64,000 bases of DNA from Eledone cirrhosa (GCA_964016885.1 OZ024745.1:69378001-69442000); one strand, 5' to 3'. Numbered from the stretch's first letter, positions 28,175 to 40,693 are shown. A program made the numbers and translations. Notes: generated by a model not told the origin, from the sequence alone.

Positions 28175-28294
28175 GAGAGAGAGAGACATGAATTGGCAAT
28201 AGATACAATGAGCACCGAAGAGAAGCACAGAAATGGATAAGTGACGAAATGGTATATAAACGATATTTGAGTATATTCACTGAAGGCAACCGAG

Positions 28295-28490
28295 TAGCAA
28301 AAATACCCGAGGCATGTGTGATATTCTTTGTTATATTTAATTACAGCTATTTACGTTCTGAGTTCAAATCCCACCGAAGCTAACTTTTCCTTTCATCCTT
28401 ATAGGGTCGATAAAATAAAGCACTGGTCGAGTTAATCAACTTTTACTTCTTCCCATATCGCTGTCCTTAGACCTAAATCAGAAATCATTA
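28295..28490 (+). mobile_element. Decayed tRNA-derived SINE (family of 2552-2729)
   Basis: tttacgttctgagttcaaatcccaccgaagctaacttttcctttcatccttatagggtcgataaaataaag. Similar decayed copies at ~29230-29370, 30165-30250 and 41995-42140. Confidence 0.7.
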
Positions 28491-29598
28491 TGTTTGTGAG
28501 GATGGCGATATAATGTCCTTTTAAAAGTTTTTAGGGTCATATTTAAGTGATATTTAACTGCTATTTCGAACAATGCGAATACTTGTAGAAGTGCCAGTTA
28601 TGTATGTGATCAATTCAGTTAACTGTGTTTTTCTGTAAACATGTGCAATTGGGCAAACGTAAACATAGATTTGTGAGCAAAAATGACACTGTGCACAATA
28701 TAAAGAAGTTCCTTTTATTATGGTATCTTTTTTAGTATTGTCATTCTATAGTGTGTGGGGGTGTATCCTCTGTCGCTTTCGGTAATGAATGTTTAATCGT
28801 TCAATCAACTGAATATCTGTAAATTATGTGTAAGTCATTTAGAACTCCATATATACGTGTAACAAGGGATGGAATGGACATCGGTCGTATACACGTCTCG
28901 ATAGTTGTAAGTATTTAAAAATACACGTAGAAAAGAACGTAAATTCAAGTAAGTTCATATGGAAGGGAATGGATCTCCGTCTAATTTCGGAATCGCCTAT
29001 CACTGGAATTAACTTACAAGTGGCTAAAAATTCCCAAGGCATATGCACTCTTAATATAATTATTTGGGAGATTCAGCGTAAACTAGTGCGTGATAAGGCG
29101 TTCATCCGATAGTCTTCCAAACAAGATCACTCACTGTGGGATCGAACCCTGAACAAAATGATTCCGAACCTATTTTTAATTTTCGGCCATGCTGTGTCTC
29201 AGATATTTAAAATCAATTATATTGGGCTAAATCTGAAGAATTTGCAGAACCTTTAAAGTGTCGGATGTAATGCTTTGGCATTAATTCCGGCTCACCGCAT
29301 TTGGCTCAAATACAACCGAGATCAACTTTACTTTTATCCTTTCGAGATTGATAAATAGAGTACTAGTACTTAGGCTGATTCTCCCCCTATCGCTTTCTAT
29401 TACTCTCCTTTCTTTACTGGAAAACATCGATTGTGTTCCGGCAGGTTTAAAATGACCAATATATGCTTCGTCAGAACGGTGCCCTCATTTTCAAGAGATT
29501 TAGAAGGGAATCAAGTCACTTATTTGTGATACATGAAAGTAAATTTTCTTTGAAATCTCATTACATCGAATGTATTTTCTACCTAGTAATCCTAGCCG

Positions 29599-29664
<66 letters not shown>

Positions 29665-29742
29665 CATCAAAACCACCATTGCCATCAATACAGCCACCAT
29701 CACCACCATGACCACTATGACCACCACCATTACTACTACTAC
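29599..29742. repeat. (CTA)n/(CCA)n trinucleotide microsatellite
   Basis: Direct reading. Confidence 0.95.
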
Positions 29743-30297
29743 TAATATCAACCCCACTGTCATCAGATTCCATTTCACAAAGAGCTGAAACTATTCGATC
29801 AGAACTGAACATATTTCTTTGTATCTTCGTTTGTAAATTCCTGCAAGATCAACAGAAGTGTTTAATTCTGGGACTACAAATCACCTCAACATAGTATTAT
29901 ACAGTTTGTGGCTCTATGCCACAATGACGACGTGGTCGCCGGTTTTGGATGTGGTGAGATGAATTATCATTTACTAAATATTAATTTTTTGCCAAATCCT
30001 GACTTTTAAACGATTAAGCATTTCCACTTTGCTCAGCTTGCATCCACAGCATGTGGTAAGCTATTCACATTTTGCTGTTTCAATTGCTGTTATTTTTGGC
30101 AAACACTTGATCAATATAGGTGAGCTACGTACAACAAGTAATCTTATGAATATACATCTCAGGGTGGTGGATTGGAAGAATCGGTAGAGTGTCGGACAAC
30201 ATGGTTCGTGGCATTGAGTTACGGCACTTTACGTTCTGAGTCCAAATCCAAAGATTATCGTGTTTATATATGTATGTATGTATATATATCTAAATAC

Positions 30298-30328
<31 letters not shown>

Positions 30329-30521
30329 CGCGCGTGTGAAAGAGTATGTTGAGGCTGAAGAAGCAATCCAATATTAACAACAAGAACAAGAACATCAACC
30401 ATATGTGTATGTGCAGCATACTGCCGTTCATAATGTATTTCGACAATACATTGTACAAATGCTAATCATTGCCAAATGCTAAGCAAATCTAGAGGGCAAA
30501 GACAAAAATTCACACACACAC

Positions 30522-30777
30522 ATGTATGTGTGTATGCATGGATGTATGTATGAGTGTATGTATTATATGTATGTAAATCTGGGCGTGTCCGTGCACATGT
30601 GTGTGTGTTTGTATGAGTTTTGTAGCCCCGCTCTAGATTTACAGATTATTTGCCTATTCTATAAACATTTATTGCTGAAGTTGTGAAGAGAAACTTAGCT
30701 TAACCCCGACTTTGAAAATAAGGGGTCTTGTGTTTGTGTATGTATTTATTTATCTGAAAGTCTGTGTTCCTGTGTGG

Positions 30778-30829
<52 letters not shown>

Positions 30830-31110
30830 CACACCATAATGTACCCACACAGGAACACAGACTTTCAGATACATAAATACATACACAAACACAAGACTCC
30901 TTATTTTCAAAATCGGGGTTAAGCTAAATTTCTCTTCACAACTTCAGCAATAAATGTTTATAGAATAGGCAAATAATCTGTAAATTTAGAGCGGGGCTAC
31001 AAAACTCATACAAACACACACCCAGTGAATGTACAAACATGTGCAGGGACACGCCCAGCTTTACATACATATAATACATACACTCATACATACATACATC
31101 CATGCATACA
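30522..31110. repeat. ~260-bp inverted repeat pair around a (CA)n spacer
   Basis: 30522-30782 is the reverse complement of 30841-31110 with few mismatches (e.g. gtctgtgttcctgtgtgggtac / gtacccacacaggaacacagac). Confidence 0.85.
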
Positions 31111-31287
31111 CACATACATACATACACACATACATACATATATACATACGTGCACACACATAGATACATACACAAGACACATTCTTCTCCAAGTCGGGGC
31201 TAATTAAATTTCTTCACGTTTTTCTTTTGCGTGCTTATACATATATATATATATGTGTGTGTGTGCGTGTGTGTGTGTGTGTGTGTA

Positions 31288-31347
<60 letters not shown>

Positions 31348-32010
31348 TGTGTTTGTATGTGTGTGCGTGTGTATTGGCTTGTGTGTTTCCATGTGTGTTT
31401 GTGTGTAAATTACTGAAAAAGTGTTAGCAATAACGTAACCTTCATTGTGTTTAAGTTCTATGCAACGTCCCTGTGGATTAATCAAAATATCATAACTGAC
31501 GCTGAAAGAACACTTATTTCAAAAGTGTTGCGCTAAATCAATTTAAAGCTCTATCAGGTGTTTCAGTCGGAATAAATACAATTAGACTGACAAAATAAAA
31601 ATAAAACACATATACAAAAACAAAAGCATATAAATATAATAAAATAAAAATGTCAAAATAAAATACATTAAAATAAATAGAATAGAACTGCGAAAATAAG
31701 AATGAAAATGCTATTTTGAAAATTACAAGTTTTCCATCACTAATCGATATTCACCTGAACAAAACCGGCATGAAGAATATACTTAAAGGTGTCACTGTAT
31801 ATGTTGAATGTCTATTTCAGAATGTAACCATCTAGATGTATTTATATCACCTGCTATGTCTATCTTGACTAGGTAATGTTGGTCTATTATATGTTTTGTA
31901 TTGTATATGTAAATGTCGCTCTCTTTTCCGCATATCAGCATTATATACGTGGATATAGATGTTTATATTACACACACACACACGCGCTCACGCATATATA
32001 TATATATATA

Positions 32011-32203
32011 TAATTATTAAGGCCAGTTACTACCACAGCGCAATACCAGGCACATACGTTGCGTTAGCCCTGGGGACAAGCTTGTTCAACTTGTTCCGGT
32101 TCATTTTTATCGTATCGGCAAATGTTAAACGAACTTGTCCTCAGGGTTAATGAAAGGTGCGTACATGGTATGGCGCCGTTGTAGTAAATGGCTTTAATAA
32201 TTA
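32011..32203. repeat. Diverged fold-back element (MITE-like or PLE end), ~78-bp imperfect arms
   Basis: taattattaaggccagttactac...ccctggggacaag pairs with cttgtcctcaggg...gtagtaaatggctttaataatta. Confidence 0.65.
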
Positions 32204-32460
32204 TATTGAAACCCGCCGCACGAACTTGAGTTTTCTTTATATCCTGCATATGTTTACCTACCTATCACTACTATATATATATATATTGGTGAATATATCG
32301 ATTTAATATGGTCATTCAGCCCTAGGAAACGATCTCAAAATAATAAACTAATTAAAAACCTAACTGCAACATGTGTTTAGAAATACACACATACATCCAC
32401 ATCCACACCCACACATCCACACACACCACACACACACACACGCACACATAAATATATATT

Positions 32461-32790
32461 TATACTTTCGGAGGATCATGCTGTCAATAGAAACACACGC
32501 ACCTGAAGATTTTCACTACAATATTTTATACGTTTCCGGTTGGCTGGTTGGTTGATTCGATAACCGGAAGTTTGTTTATATTTTGTCAAAGCTCTTTCGT
32601 CGCTCATTATGTGACCTCCTCAGTGCCGAGGATTTTATATTATGTCTCTCTTTTTGTCTGTCCTACACCATCTTGTTTTTGAGGGTTGTGTGCTGTGTGC
32701 TTTTATTGGCAGCATAACTCTTCCAAAGTATAACACTAACTGTTTCAAAACACGTTAGCAGATAAGAAATCTCGCAAAACAAATTCAATA
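32461..32790 (-). mobile_element. Miniature older relative of the 35064-39462 Penelope (terminal repeat only, with inversion and HHR at 32585-32627)
   Basis: 32461-32650 resembles 35070-35280, and 32695-32790 resembles 39360-39455. Minus strand reads ggca-CTGAGGA-ggtcac..gcgac-GAAA-gagc-TT-tgac. Confidence 0.75.
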
Positions 32791-32995
32791 TATATATATA
32801 TATAATTGGATACTTAGTAAAATCGAATCTCTGGCGTTGTGCATGCAAATTCGGCCTACTATATGAATGAATGAGTTAGCAAAGCACTCTACAAGGTAGG
32901 TCCTTAGAGTAATAACATACGTTTAAATAGCTTGACAAATTGAACATTGTGGTAGGCAACATCTAACACACAATATACCAAAGTAACGAAAGAAC

Positions 32996-33035
<40 letters not shown>

Positions 33036-33045
33036 CACACACACA

Positions 33046-33127
<82 letters not shown>

Positions 33128-33131
<4 letters not shown>

Positions 33132-33346
33132 AGCAGCATGGCGTAGTGGTTAGAGCAGTAGGCTTGCAACCGAAAGGTTGTGAGTTCAAATCTCGGACCG
33201 GGTGATATGTTGTTTCCTTGAGCAAGACACTTTATTTCACGTTGCTCCAGTTTACTCAGCTGAAAATGAGTAGCAGTAATAGTTGGAGGGTTAACCCAGG
33301 GGGGGATGGGGGTGTCTTTAGACTTTAGACTTACGGCCTGGTGTCA
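33128..33346 (+). mobile_element. tRNA-derived SINE, truncated where the Helitron begins
   Basis: A box tggcgtagtgg, B box gagttcaaatc, then ccttgagcaagacactt; homologous to 41038-41330. Confidence 0.85.
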
Positions 33347-34256
33347 TCGTATATATAAAATTAAGTATGTGTGTGTGTCTGTGTATTACCTATAGGGGGA
33401 CATCTTACGACCGATTTTCATGAAACTTTACAGGCTCATAGATTAGTCATCGGGGACTGTTTTCTTTATATCAGCATATTGGTTTTTTCATTCCGGGGTC
33501 ATTCTGCAGATAAAAATCGATAGGGGGTCACCTTTTTTTAGGTATCGAAAAATAACACTTTTGTCTCTAGCTCCCACATTTTGTAACCGATATCGTTCAA
33601 ATTTTGAAGCAAAATAGAATTTGTCATTGCACATCCTGTAATGGCTGTATATTTTATAATTTTTGTTCAGGGATGGCTTAAATATTCAAAAATACCACAT
33701 TTAGACTAAAATTTCCATTTTTTCGGCTTTAGCTCCCACATTAATCAACCTACTTTGTTCAAATTTTACACTACGCTAGATCTGATTATTTCACGTCTTA
33801 AAGTGGCTTTACATTTTGGATTTATTGTTGAGAAACGGCGTAGCAGCCGCTTAAATATTCGAAAATACCAACTTTTCCTTCAAATTTCAGCCTTTTCGGC
33901 TCTAGCTCCCACATTTTTCAACCGATTTCATTCAAATTCGAAACTTCGGCTCCACCTCACAGATAAATCAATTTATTTCCTGCAACATTTATACTACGAT
34001 AGAACCTATCATTGCACATCTTATAATAGCTTTACACTTTGCATTTTTTGTTCAGGGACGGCGTGGCAGCCGTTTAAGTCTTCAAAATACGATTTTTTCC
34101 ACCTCCCGCATATTCCCTATGATTTCACTCAACATTTCGCCATTTGCTACAACTTACGACCGATTTTCAATAAACTCGCAGTCGCTAAGATCAACACCTT
34201 TTCATCAAAGCAGATATTATTTTACCTACCCAGGCAACGCTGGGTACGACTGCTAG
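33347..34256 (+). mobile_element. Non-autonomous Helitron
   Basis: A|TC...CTAG|T termini, 3' hairpin tacccag-gcaacg-ctgggta (34227-34246), ccgattttcatgaaact motif near the 5' end, and three internal repeats of tagctcccacatt. Confidence 0.8.
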
Positions 34257-34364
34257 TATATATATATATGAATAATATATATATATATAATATATGTATA
34301 TATATATGTATGTATGTATATTTATATATATATATATATAAATTTAATTTCGTTTCGTTATTTG

Positions 34365-34423
<59 letters not shown>

Positions 34424-34432
34424 ATATATGTG

Positions 34433-34467
<35 letters not shown>

Positions 34468-34488
34468 GTGTGTATATATATATATATA

Positions 34489-34650
34489 ATGAAGGAAATG
34501 TGGTAAGGAACCAGGAGGACCATAACGCACCAAAGTACTCAATACTTAGGGTAGTAGAGTGGGTAATAGGAACGAGTAAGACCCCGACGCGAGTCCAGAA
34601 TTAGCCGTCGAAACGGCTTGAACTCTGCCGTCGGGGTCATACTTGTTCCT
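34489..34650 (-). mobile_element. Second copy of the 12164-12336 fold-back element
   Basis: gaaggaaatgtggtaaggaaccag..gtactcaatacttagggtagtagagtg is the reverse complement of 12260-12335; same hairpin. Confidence 0.8.
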
Positions 34651-34919
34651 CTATATATATATATATATATACAGAGAGAGAGAGCGAGTGAAAGAGAGAG
34701 ATGCGTGTGTGTTTATATATTAATGTATGTATGTATATATGTATGTGTGAGTACGAGTCTATGTGTTTATATATATATATATATATATGTGTGTATAATG
34801 GTAGCTATGGTGCTTCCATGGGCCGTATGCCAAAATTAGCACTCGATATTCAGCAGAGTAGAGTGTAGATAGTATAAAGAAAACGAAAAATCAGTGATGT
34901 ATCTGGACTCAATTTATTG

Positions 34920-35010
34920 CGTGTTACAATTGTTTCGCCGGCAGGTAGGTCGAGACATGGTCCTTGTATGGATCTGGCTGATTCTACTGCTGCAGATTCT
35001 TTCAGACACG
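34920..35010 (-). ncRNA. Degenerate hammerhead in another PLE-like end (~34800-35045)
   Basis: cgtgt-CTGAAAGA-..gcagtag...ctacctgccggc-GAAA-caattg-TA-acacg-c-AATAAA; the core has an extra A. Confidence 0.55.
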
Positions 35011-35222
35011 GGTATTTCGTTCGGAGCAAATTTTATCACTCAGTGATATATATATATATATATATATTGTTAGACTTTGGGAGGGTCATGTTGCCAATAA
35101 GAAACACACGCACCAGTTGCTTTCACTTCAATTTAATTTATTATATATTTATAAATTTACAAATTTATAAATTTCTGGTTGGTTGGTTGGTTCCACAACC
35201 AGATAGTTGTTTATATATATAT

Positions 35223-35267
35223 AGTCATAGTTCTTTCGTCACACACTCTGTGACCTCTTCAGTGACT
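35223..35267 (-). ncRNA. Minimal hammerhead in Penelope terminal repeat
   Basis: Reverse complement of 39203-39247. Confidence 0.7.
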
Positions 35268-35572
35268 GGGGATTTCTTTCTTCGTTTCTGTGCCTTTCCT
35301 TTCTTCTATCCTACGCCATTTTGTTTGTGTGTGGGTTGCGTGCTCAGTTTGCGCATGCGCCACATCCGGGTGTCTGTGTGTGTTTGTGTTCATTTTTCTA
35401 TTTTTCTATTTATATTTTTCTATTTGTTTGTTTATTTATTTATTTATTGTTGGTTGGTTGTTTGTTCTATGTGTGTGTGTGTTTTCATTTTGTCTTGTGT
35501 GTGTTTTCATTTTGTGTGTGTTTTCAATTGTAAGTTGTTTGTTCTATGTGTGTGTGTGTTTTCATTTTGTCC

Positions 35573-38230
35573 TTAATTGTAAGTTGTGATGTTGCTGTTC
35601 CACTCATATTTTCTATTTAATTTTGGTTTTAGTTCTTTTATGCTTACTGCCTCTGTAATTTGCCTAAACATTGCGTCTTTCTTGTGTGTGGATTCTATTT
35701 TTATATCTATGCTCTCTAATTTACCCCTGTGTTCTATCTTAGCATGTTGGTAGAGCACAGATGATTCTTTATTATCTTGGAGGTCTCGCCAGTGTTCATT
35801 TATTCGTTCCCCTATACTACGAGCTGTCTCACCTATGTACACTATATTTTTGTTTCTACATTGTCCTTCAGTACATCTTATGCTATATACTACATTTCTA
35901 GTTTTACAGTTAATATGGGGGCTTATTTTACAGGTTATACATTTCTTATCTATACATGAGGGTCTTTGGAACGGGTATGTCTTGCTAATAAGTGTTTTTA
36001 CGGAGGTACCAGGTCTTTCTACTATCTTAATATTGAGATTATGTTTCTTTAGGGCCCTTCTAAATTTGTAGGCTAGTTCGCCTCTAGGGGTTGTATTGAT
36101 GAACATTACACTCTGGTATTTATTGCTATCATACCATGAGTTTATTCTATTGGCCTTGTTCTTAGTTCTTTCTATTCTATTCCAAAATTTGCTCCTATAC
36201 AAGGGGCAGGTCCCATTTATGTCATTATTTACCATTTTTTCCCATTTGGTTCTGGCTCCTTTATACACTCTGATTCTATCTCTCTGATTGTAGCCAGAGA
36301 ACTGCATACGGTGGATGAAGTGTTGTATGTGTCTCTCTAGTTCTTCGGGGTTGCACATGCGGGACACATTTCTCATCACCCGTACCAAATCCGCAATCAG
36401 TATGTTGATTTTGGTATGGTCCGAAAAGGCCGAGTTTCGGTGGATCAGGTGTTTGGAAGTCATGGGTTTGGCATAATGGGAATGGAGGATTTGTTTTTGG
36501 TTGTTAATTGTATCTAACCAGAGCTCTGTGTCTAGTACAGGTAATCGATGGTTGGGGTGTCTACTTGGGTAGTCTATAGTAACTCTAATGCTCTGGTGGA
36601 TGGACTTTGCTATTTGCTGGATGCTTTCCATTGTGTTTTTCTCTAGTTCCTGACTGTTCTTTAGTGGGGGTGTCTTAACTACGATGTTTATATCATCTAC
36701 GTAGCGGGAGTACATTATCAGGGTTAAGCTGTCTTCTAATTGTTCATTAAGTTTTTGTTTAAGTCTACTGTCCCACCATACCATGTATAAGTTAGCTATG
36801 TCGCCTGCAATGCTAACACCAATGGCTGCTACTTCCTCTTGGGCATATGTTTTACCATTAAATTTGAACATATGTTCCTTAAGGGTTAATTTTATGCTGG
36901 CCCCTACCGCATGTGCAATCATTTTCTTCAGTTCATCGTGGTTTTCGGGTGTCCGTATGGCTCTGGTCCACCCGTTCCATCTATCTGTGTGGGTTTTCTT
37001 GGCCATTGAGGTAATGGTAGGTGGTCTGCTTCTTGCTGGTCTTGTAGGGCACAGTTTGCTAAGGTCATAAGTGTCTAGGTAACTATTACTATGGGTAAGC
37101 TTAAGTAGAAGTCCCAGCTCACTGGTATCAATCCCACGGAACTCAACCTTGCTCTCGCTGATCATTTCGACGCAATTCTCCACAGCAAAATCCACGTCAA
37201 TAGATGGATACAGGGACACAACATCCATACTGCCTATTATGCAGTTTGTTAGGTCCCTAGATCGGTTACCCGCGCCGATTCTGCTGAGGAGGTCCTCCGT
37301 GCTGTCACACACATCTGGGGACATCTCAATGATGGGGCGTATGATCAGGGAGAGGAAGTAGGACAGTCTGTAGTTACTAGCAATGTTAGCCCCACAGACT
37401 GGCCGTGTTGGTGGTCCCGCGACAGGGTCCCAGCCCGTTTTATGGTCTTTTCGAAGCCCATACAACGCTGGCACGTCATTCTTCCAGGCCTGGAAGTTGT
37501 TGGCAGTCCTTTTGTTGGGCTGCATTATATTTGTCCACATCACCATATGGGCATTGAGGGTTTTTTCTCTATCCTCATGCTCCTGTGGTGTTACCTCTCT
37601 TGTGTTAGTGATGTGGGATTGCATTGCCTGGATGTAGTTTGGCAGGCTGTCAACCGACATTCTGCCAGACTTGTCTGTTGGAAAGCATGCTATCTCTCCA
37701 TTACGCGAGCGCTGCATGAGCTTACGCAAGCCATTTGCAGATTCTTCTCCCAGTTGCTGGGCCTCTATTCTATTATGCTTCTTGCTATACTGTTCTATAA
37801 TATTTCTAAGTTCGGATTTAGCTATACTAAATTGTGCTTCTGTTTGTTCATCGACCTGCGACGGCAACTGCGTGCGTTTGTTAAATGGCAAAGTCGTGGC
37901 GTGGACTCGTCGCAGGTCGAATGATTTATCGGAGGGGTTATAAAACGGAGAGTTCCAGGCTGCTGCTTTATGTGTACTAGTGCTATTGTTATTGTTAGTT
38001 GTGTTGTTTCTATTTCCACCAACAGCAGCAGCCTCAGCTTCATGGTTGTTTCTATGTCTCTCATAATTACTCCTGTCTCTTTCCACTGGCTCAACGTTGT
38101 TATCTACCCTATTTTGTGTGTCTGTGTGTTCGTCTTGGTTATTCTCTTTGTCCTTAGTCTCCCTTTTCCTTTTAATCCTATTACTTTCTCTTATTTCTCT
38201 GATTTCCGTGAAATGGTAAATAATTTCCGA
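35573..38230 (-). CDS. Penelope-type reverse transcriptase with C-terminal GIY-YIG endonuclease (N-terminus lost at the inversion junction)
   Basis: PTDKSG, LYGLRKDHK..PPTRPV, SMDVVSLYPSI, AIGVSIAGDIANLYM, RYVDD, LPVLD, Cys-rich linker, VVYSIRC..YIGET.R...R..EH..H..E..LN. Open for ~885 codons. Confidence 0.93.
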   Translation of the reverse strand, partial: SEIIYHFTEIREIRESNRIKRKRETKDKENNQDEHTDTQNRVDNNVEPVERDRSNYERHRNNHEAEAAAVGGNRNNTTNNNNSTSTHKAAAWNSPFYNPSDKSFDLRRVHATTLPFNKRTQLPSQVDEQTEAQFSIAKSELRNIIEQYSKKHNRIEAQQLGEESANGLRKLMQRSRNGEIACFPTDKSGRMSVDSLPNYIQAMQSHITNTREVTPQEHEDREKTLNAHMVMWTNIMQPNKRTANNFQAWKNDVPALYGLRKDHKTGWDPVAGPPTRPVCGANIASNYRLSYFLSLIIRPIIEMSPDVCDSTEDLLSRIGAGNRSRDLTNCIIGSMDVVSLYPSIDVDFAVENCVEMISESKVEFRGIDTSELGLLLKLTHSNSYLDTYDLSKLCPTRPARSRPPTITSMAKKTHTDRWNGWTRAIRTPENHDELKKMIAHAVGASIKLTLKEHMFKFNGKTYAQEEVAAIGVSIAGDIANLYMVWWDSRLKQKLNEQLEDSLTLIMYSRYVDDINIVVKTPPLKNSQELEKNTMESIQQIAKSIHQSIRVTIDYPSRHPNHRLPVLDTELWLDTINNQKQILHSHYAKPMTSKHLIHRNSAFSDHTKINILIADLVRVMRNVSRMCNPEELERHIQHFIHRMQFSGYNQRDRIRVYKGARTKWEKMVNNDINGTCPLYRSKFWNRIERTKNKANRINSWYDSNKYQSVMFINTTPRGELAYKFRRALKKHNLNIKIVERPGTSVKTLISKTYPFQRPSCIDKKCITCKISPHINCKTRNVVYSIRCTEGQCRNKNIVYIGETARSIGERINEHWRDLQDNKESSVLYQHAKIEHRGKLESIDIKIESTHKKDAMFRQITEAVSIKELKPKLNRKYEWNSNITTYN

Positions 38231-38234
38231 AAAA

Positions 38235-38897
38235 ATGGTAAATAATGACATAAATGGGACCTGCCCCTTGTATAGGAGCAAATTTTGGAATATAATAGAA
38301 AGAACTAAGAACAAGGCCAATAGAATAAACTCATGGTATGATAGCAATAAATACCAGAGTGTAATGTTCATCAATACAACCCCTAGAGGCGAACTAGCCT
38401 ACAAATTTAGAAGGGCCCTAAAGAAACATAATCTCAATATTAAGATAGTAGAAAGACCTGGTACCTCCGTAAAAACACTTATTAGCAAGACATACCCGTT
38501 CCAAAGACCCTCATGTATAGATAAGAAATGTATAACCTGTAAAATAAGCCCCCATATTAACTGTAAAACTAGAAATGTAGTATATAGCATAAGATGTACT
38601 GAAGGACAATGTAGAAACAAAAATATAGTGTACATAGGTGAGACAGCTCGTAGTATAGGGGAACGAATAAATGAACACTGGCGAGACCTCCAAGATAATA
38701 AAGAATCATCTGTGCTCTACCAACATGCTAAGATAGAACACAGGGGTAAATTAGAGAGCATAGAAATAAAAATAGAATCCACACACAAGAAAGACGCAAT
38801 GTTTAGGCAAATTACAGAGGCAGTAAGCATAAAAGAATTAAAACCAAAATTAAATAGAAAATATGAGTGGAACAGCAACATCACAACTTACAATTAA
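38235..38897 (+). pseudogene. Inverted duplicate of the last 220 codons (GIY-YIG part) of the Penelope ORF
   Basis: Differs from the C-terminus of the main ORF at only two residues (R/I, D/E). Confidence 0.9.
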
Positions 38898-39202
38898 GGA
38901 CAAAATGAAAACACACACACACATAGAACAAACAACTTACAATTGAAAACACACACAAAATGAAAACACACACAAGACAAAATGAAAACACACACACACA
39001 TAGAACAAACAACCAACCAACAATAAATAAATAAATAAACAAACAAATAGAAAAATATAAATAGAAAAATAGAAAAATGAACACAAACACACACAGACAC
39101 CCGGATGTGGCGCATGCGCAAACTGAGCACGCAACCCACACACAAACAAAATGGCGTAGGATAGAAGAAAGGAAAGGCACAGAAACGAAGAAAGAAATCC
39201 CC

Positions 39203-39247
39203 AGTCACTGAAGAGGTCACAGAGTGTGTGACGAAAGAACTATGACT
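39203..39247 (+). ncRNA. Minimal hammerhead in Penelope terminal repeat
   Basis: agtca-CTGAAGA-g-gtcaca gagtg tgtgac-GAAA-gaac-TA-tgact. Confidence 0.7.
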
Positions 39248-39460
39248 ATATATATATAAACAACTATCTGGTTGTGGAACCAACCAACCAACCAGAAATT
39301 TATAAATTTGTAAATTTATAAATATATAATAAATTAAATTGAAGTGAAAGCAACTGGTGCGTGTGTTTCTTATTGGCAACATGACCCTCCCAAAGTCTAA
39401 CAATATCGGTTTCAACACACGATTTCAGATAAAGAATCTTGCTAAACAAATTCAGAAACG

Positions 39461-39519
<59 letters not shown>

Positions 39520-39569
39520 TGTATGTATGTATGTATGTATGTATGTATGTTTGTATGTATGTATGTATG

Positions 39570-39629
<60 letters not shown>

Positions 39630-39678
39630 CATACATACCCACGATTTCACAGAAATATATATATATATATATATCTAT

Positions 39679-40517
39679 CTAAGGCGGGTAAAATTCCCGA
39701 GATCCATGGACGAGTTCTCTCCAGCGGTCTCTGTCCCTCATTATCGCTGCCATATCCTGCATTTCCAACAGACCAGTGTCTGTCCTTAGGGCATCAACAT
39801 ATGTTAACCTTGGTCTTCCTCTTCTAGTGTGTCCATGTAGGGGCTCCCAAAGGAGCACTGAGTGCAATGTCAACTCTGGATGTCGGTGAGCATGTCCAGC
39901 CAACCTCAATCTCCTCTGTGTCACTTTTGAGCTGACTTTTGGGATGCTCCCATACAGCTCTGAGTTTTTCATCCTCAGTGTATACTGATTAATGTTCAGA
40001 GCCATCCTCAGCATTATCGTGTAGCACCCATCCACCATCTGAGTGAGTCTCTTGGTCGGTGTCCAAGTCTCAGACCCATACAGCAGCACAGACTCCACTA
40101 CAGCAATGAAGAGGCGGATTTTCAGGTCTCTACGAAGGTCTGACTTCCACACCGATCTCAAGCTGTGACACGCCGCCCAGGCCTTGCTCTTCCTCTCAAC
40201 CACATCATTTTCCGTATTCCCAATCTTTGCTCCCAAATACAGGAAGTCCTCAACCAATTCCAGCGGCTTCCCGCCTACATTAGTGATCCCCTCTGGCTTC
40301 TCAACATTCTCTACCAGATATTTTGTTTTAGTCTCATTCATTCTCAGCCCCACACTCATCGACACAGTCTCAACCTCCCGCATCAAATCCTCTGCCTCCT
40401 TCACTGTATTTGTCACCAAAACTATGACGTCGGCAAATTCAGCATCCGATACCCTTTTCGCCCCAACTCTCCTGGTCTGAGTCGGTGCTACAGTAAAGCC
40501 AGAGTCCTGGTGTTTCT

Positions 40518-40520
<3 letters not shown>
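39679..40520 (-). mobile_element. 5'-truncated RTE-clade LINE (RT C-terminal half)
   Basis: EFADVIVL (FADD mutated), [55 protein letters not shown]. Inserted in (TA)n. Confidence 0.9.
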
Positions 40521-40576
<56 letters not shown>

Positions 40577-40593
40577 CATATATATATATATAC

Positions 40594-40660
<67 letters not shown>

Positions 40661-40661
40661 C

Positions 40662-40692
<31 letters not shown>

Positions 40693-40693
40693 C

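Larger units (their letters stand above)
35064..39462 (-). mobile_element. Young Penelope-like retroelement, 5'-truncated, with ~1.17-kb inverted terminal copy
   Basis: RT + GIY-YIG ORF. 35064-36239 is a near-identical reverse complement of 38232-39406. HHR in both arms; (TA)n flanks. Confidence 0.95.

Noticed and set aside
29463-29812. Poly-T/L/V/S ORFs (also 59325-59606), mucin-like
   Set aside because: Trinucleotide microsatellite with no splice or context support.
33128-33200. Possible tRNA gene (also 41038-41110)
   Set aside because: Acceptor stem does not pair well, and it continues into a SINE body found in several copies.
33755-34489. 244-aa ORF
   Set aside because: Lies in the Helitron internal repeats plus microsatellite; no Rep/helicase motifs.
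34917-35589. Cys/Phe/Val-rich ORFs (mirrored at 38881-39418)
   Set aside because: Antisense of the low-complexity Penelope terminal repeat.
38231-38374. Hydrophobic signal/TM-like N-terminus of the 933-aa ORF
   Set aside because: It is the antisense reading of the inverted duplicate, fused in frame by chance at the junction.
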